DNA of 64,000 bases, taken from positions 177,514 to 241,513 of the forward strand of contig CAVXYR010000006.1 of the NCBI GenBank assembly GCA_963766115.1, given 5' to 3'. Below, in pieces: positions 63,944-64,000 of the stretch. The notes below the pieces were generated by a model. The model was not told the DNA's origin. It saw only the letters and a program-made list of their open reading frames with translations, and did no database searches. A program made the translations under genes and the position numbers. Origin of the DNA: an uncultured Solirubrobacterales bacterium (GTDB lineage: Bacteria > Actinomycetota > Thermoleophilia > Solirubrobacterales > 70-9). The stretch's first letter is position 1. Each line of letters starts with the position of its first letter.

Positions 63944-64000
63944 GCAAGCAACCGGAAAAGAAGATTCCGATCCTGCCGGGGATCGATTCGCCCGCGGACA
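63940..64000 (+). CDS. dxs: 1-deoxy-D-xylulose-5-phosphate synthase, extreme N-terminus (5' partial in window)
   Basis: The GTG at 63940 overlaps the upstream TGA. VSKQPEKKIPILPGIDSPAD resembles the usual Dxs start (L..I.sPaDl) and follows the ispA-like gene, as in many bacteria. Only 20 codons are visible. Confidence 0.5.
   Translation, partial: MSKQPEKKIPILPGIDSPAD

Overview
Very GC-rich bacterial chromosomal segment with about 60 genes. By inference it is Actinomycetota-like: the housekeeping gene order matches what I recall from actinobacteria, and the aroK-aroB fusion and InlB-B-repeat-like domains hint at a deep-branching lineage. Layout: (i) 1-26.7 kb holds accessory transport and metabolism genes: heterodimeric ABC exporter, alkyl sulfatase, wecB plus a membrane GT2, Tat-type amine oxidase, an LTXXQ-like secreted protein with an OmpR/HK pair, MFS, P450, MacB-like ABC, PhoD. 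(ii) 26.8-32 kb is a cluster of secreted or anchored proteins. It contains two tandem paralogues with eight 51-aa repeats and a strongly Lys-rich C-terminal module, whose last 607 bp are identical. (iii) 32-64 kb is a conserved housekeeping block: tRNA-Met, hisS, aspS, IscU-like::mnmA, alaS-ruvX-mltG-aroE, aroC-aroKB-aroQ-pepQ, efp, nusB, polyprenyl synthase, dxs. Further Lys-rich secreted proteins interrupt it. Most notable: a recurring Lys-rich (about 30 percent K) Ig/CARDB-like terminal module on three otherwise unrelated secreted proteins, which is a candidate undescribed surface-attachment module. Also notable is a dense set of apparent frameshifts (at least 15 by hand translation), concentrated at 34.4-38.2 kb, including one in hisS. 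Several sit in homopolymer runs, so sequence error is as likely as real gene decay. No CRISPR array, intact transposase or integrase, or rRNA was seen. All calls come from reading the sequence and ORF track by eye; no database search was run.
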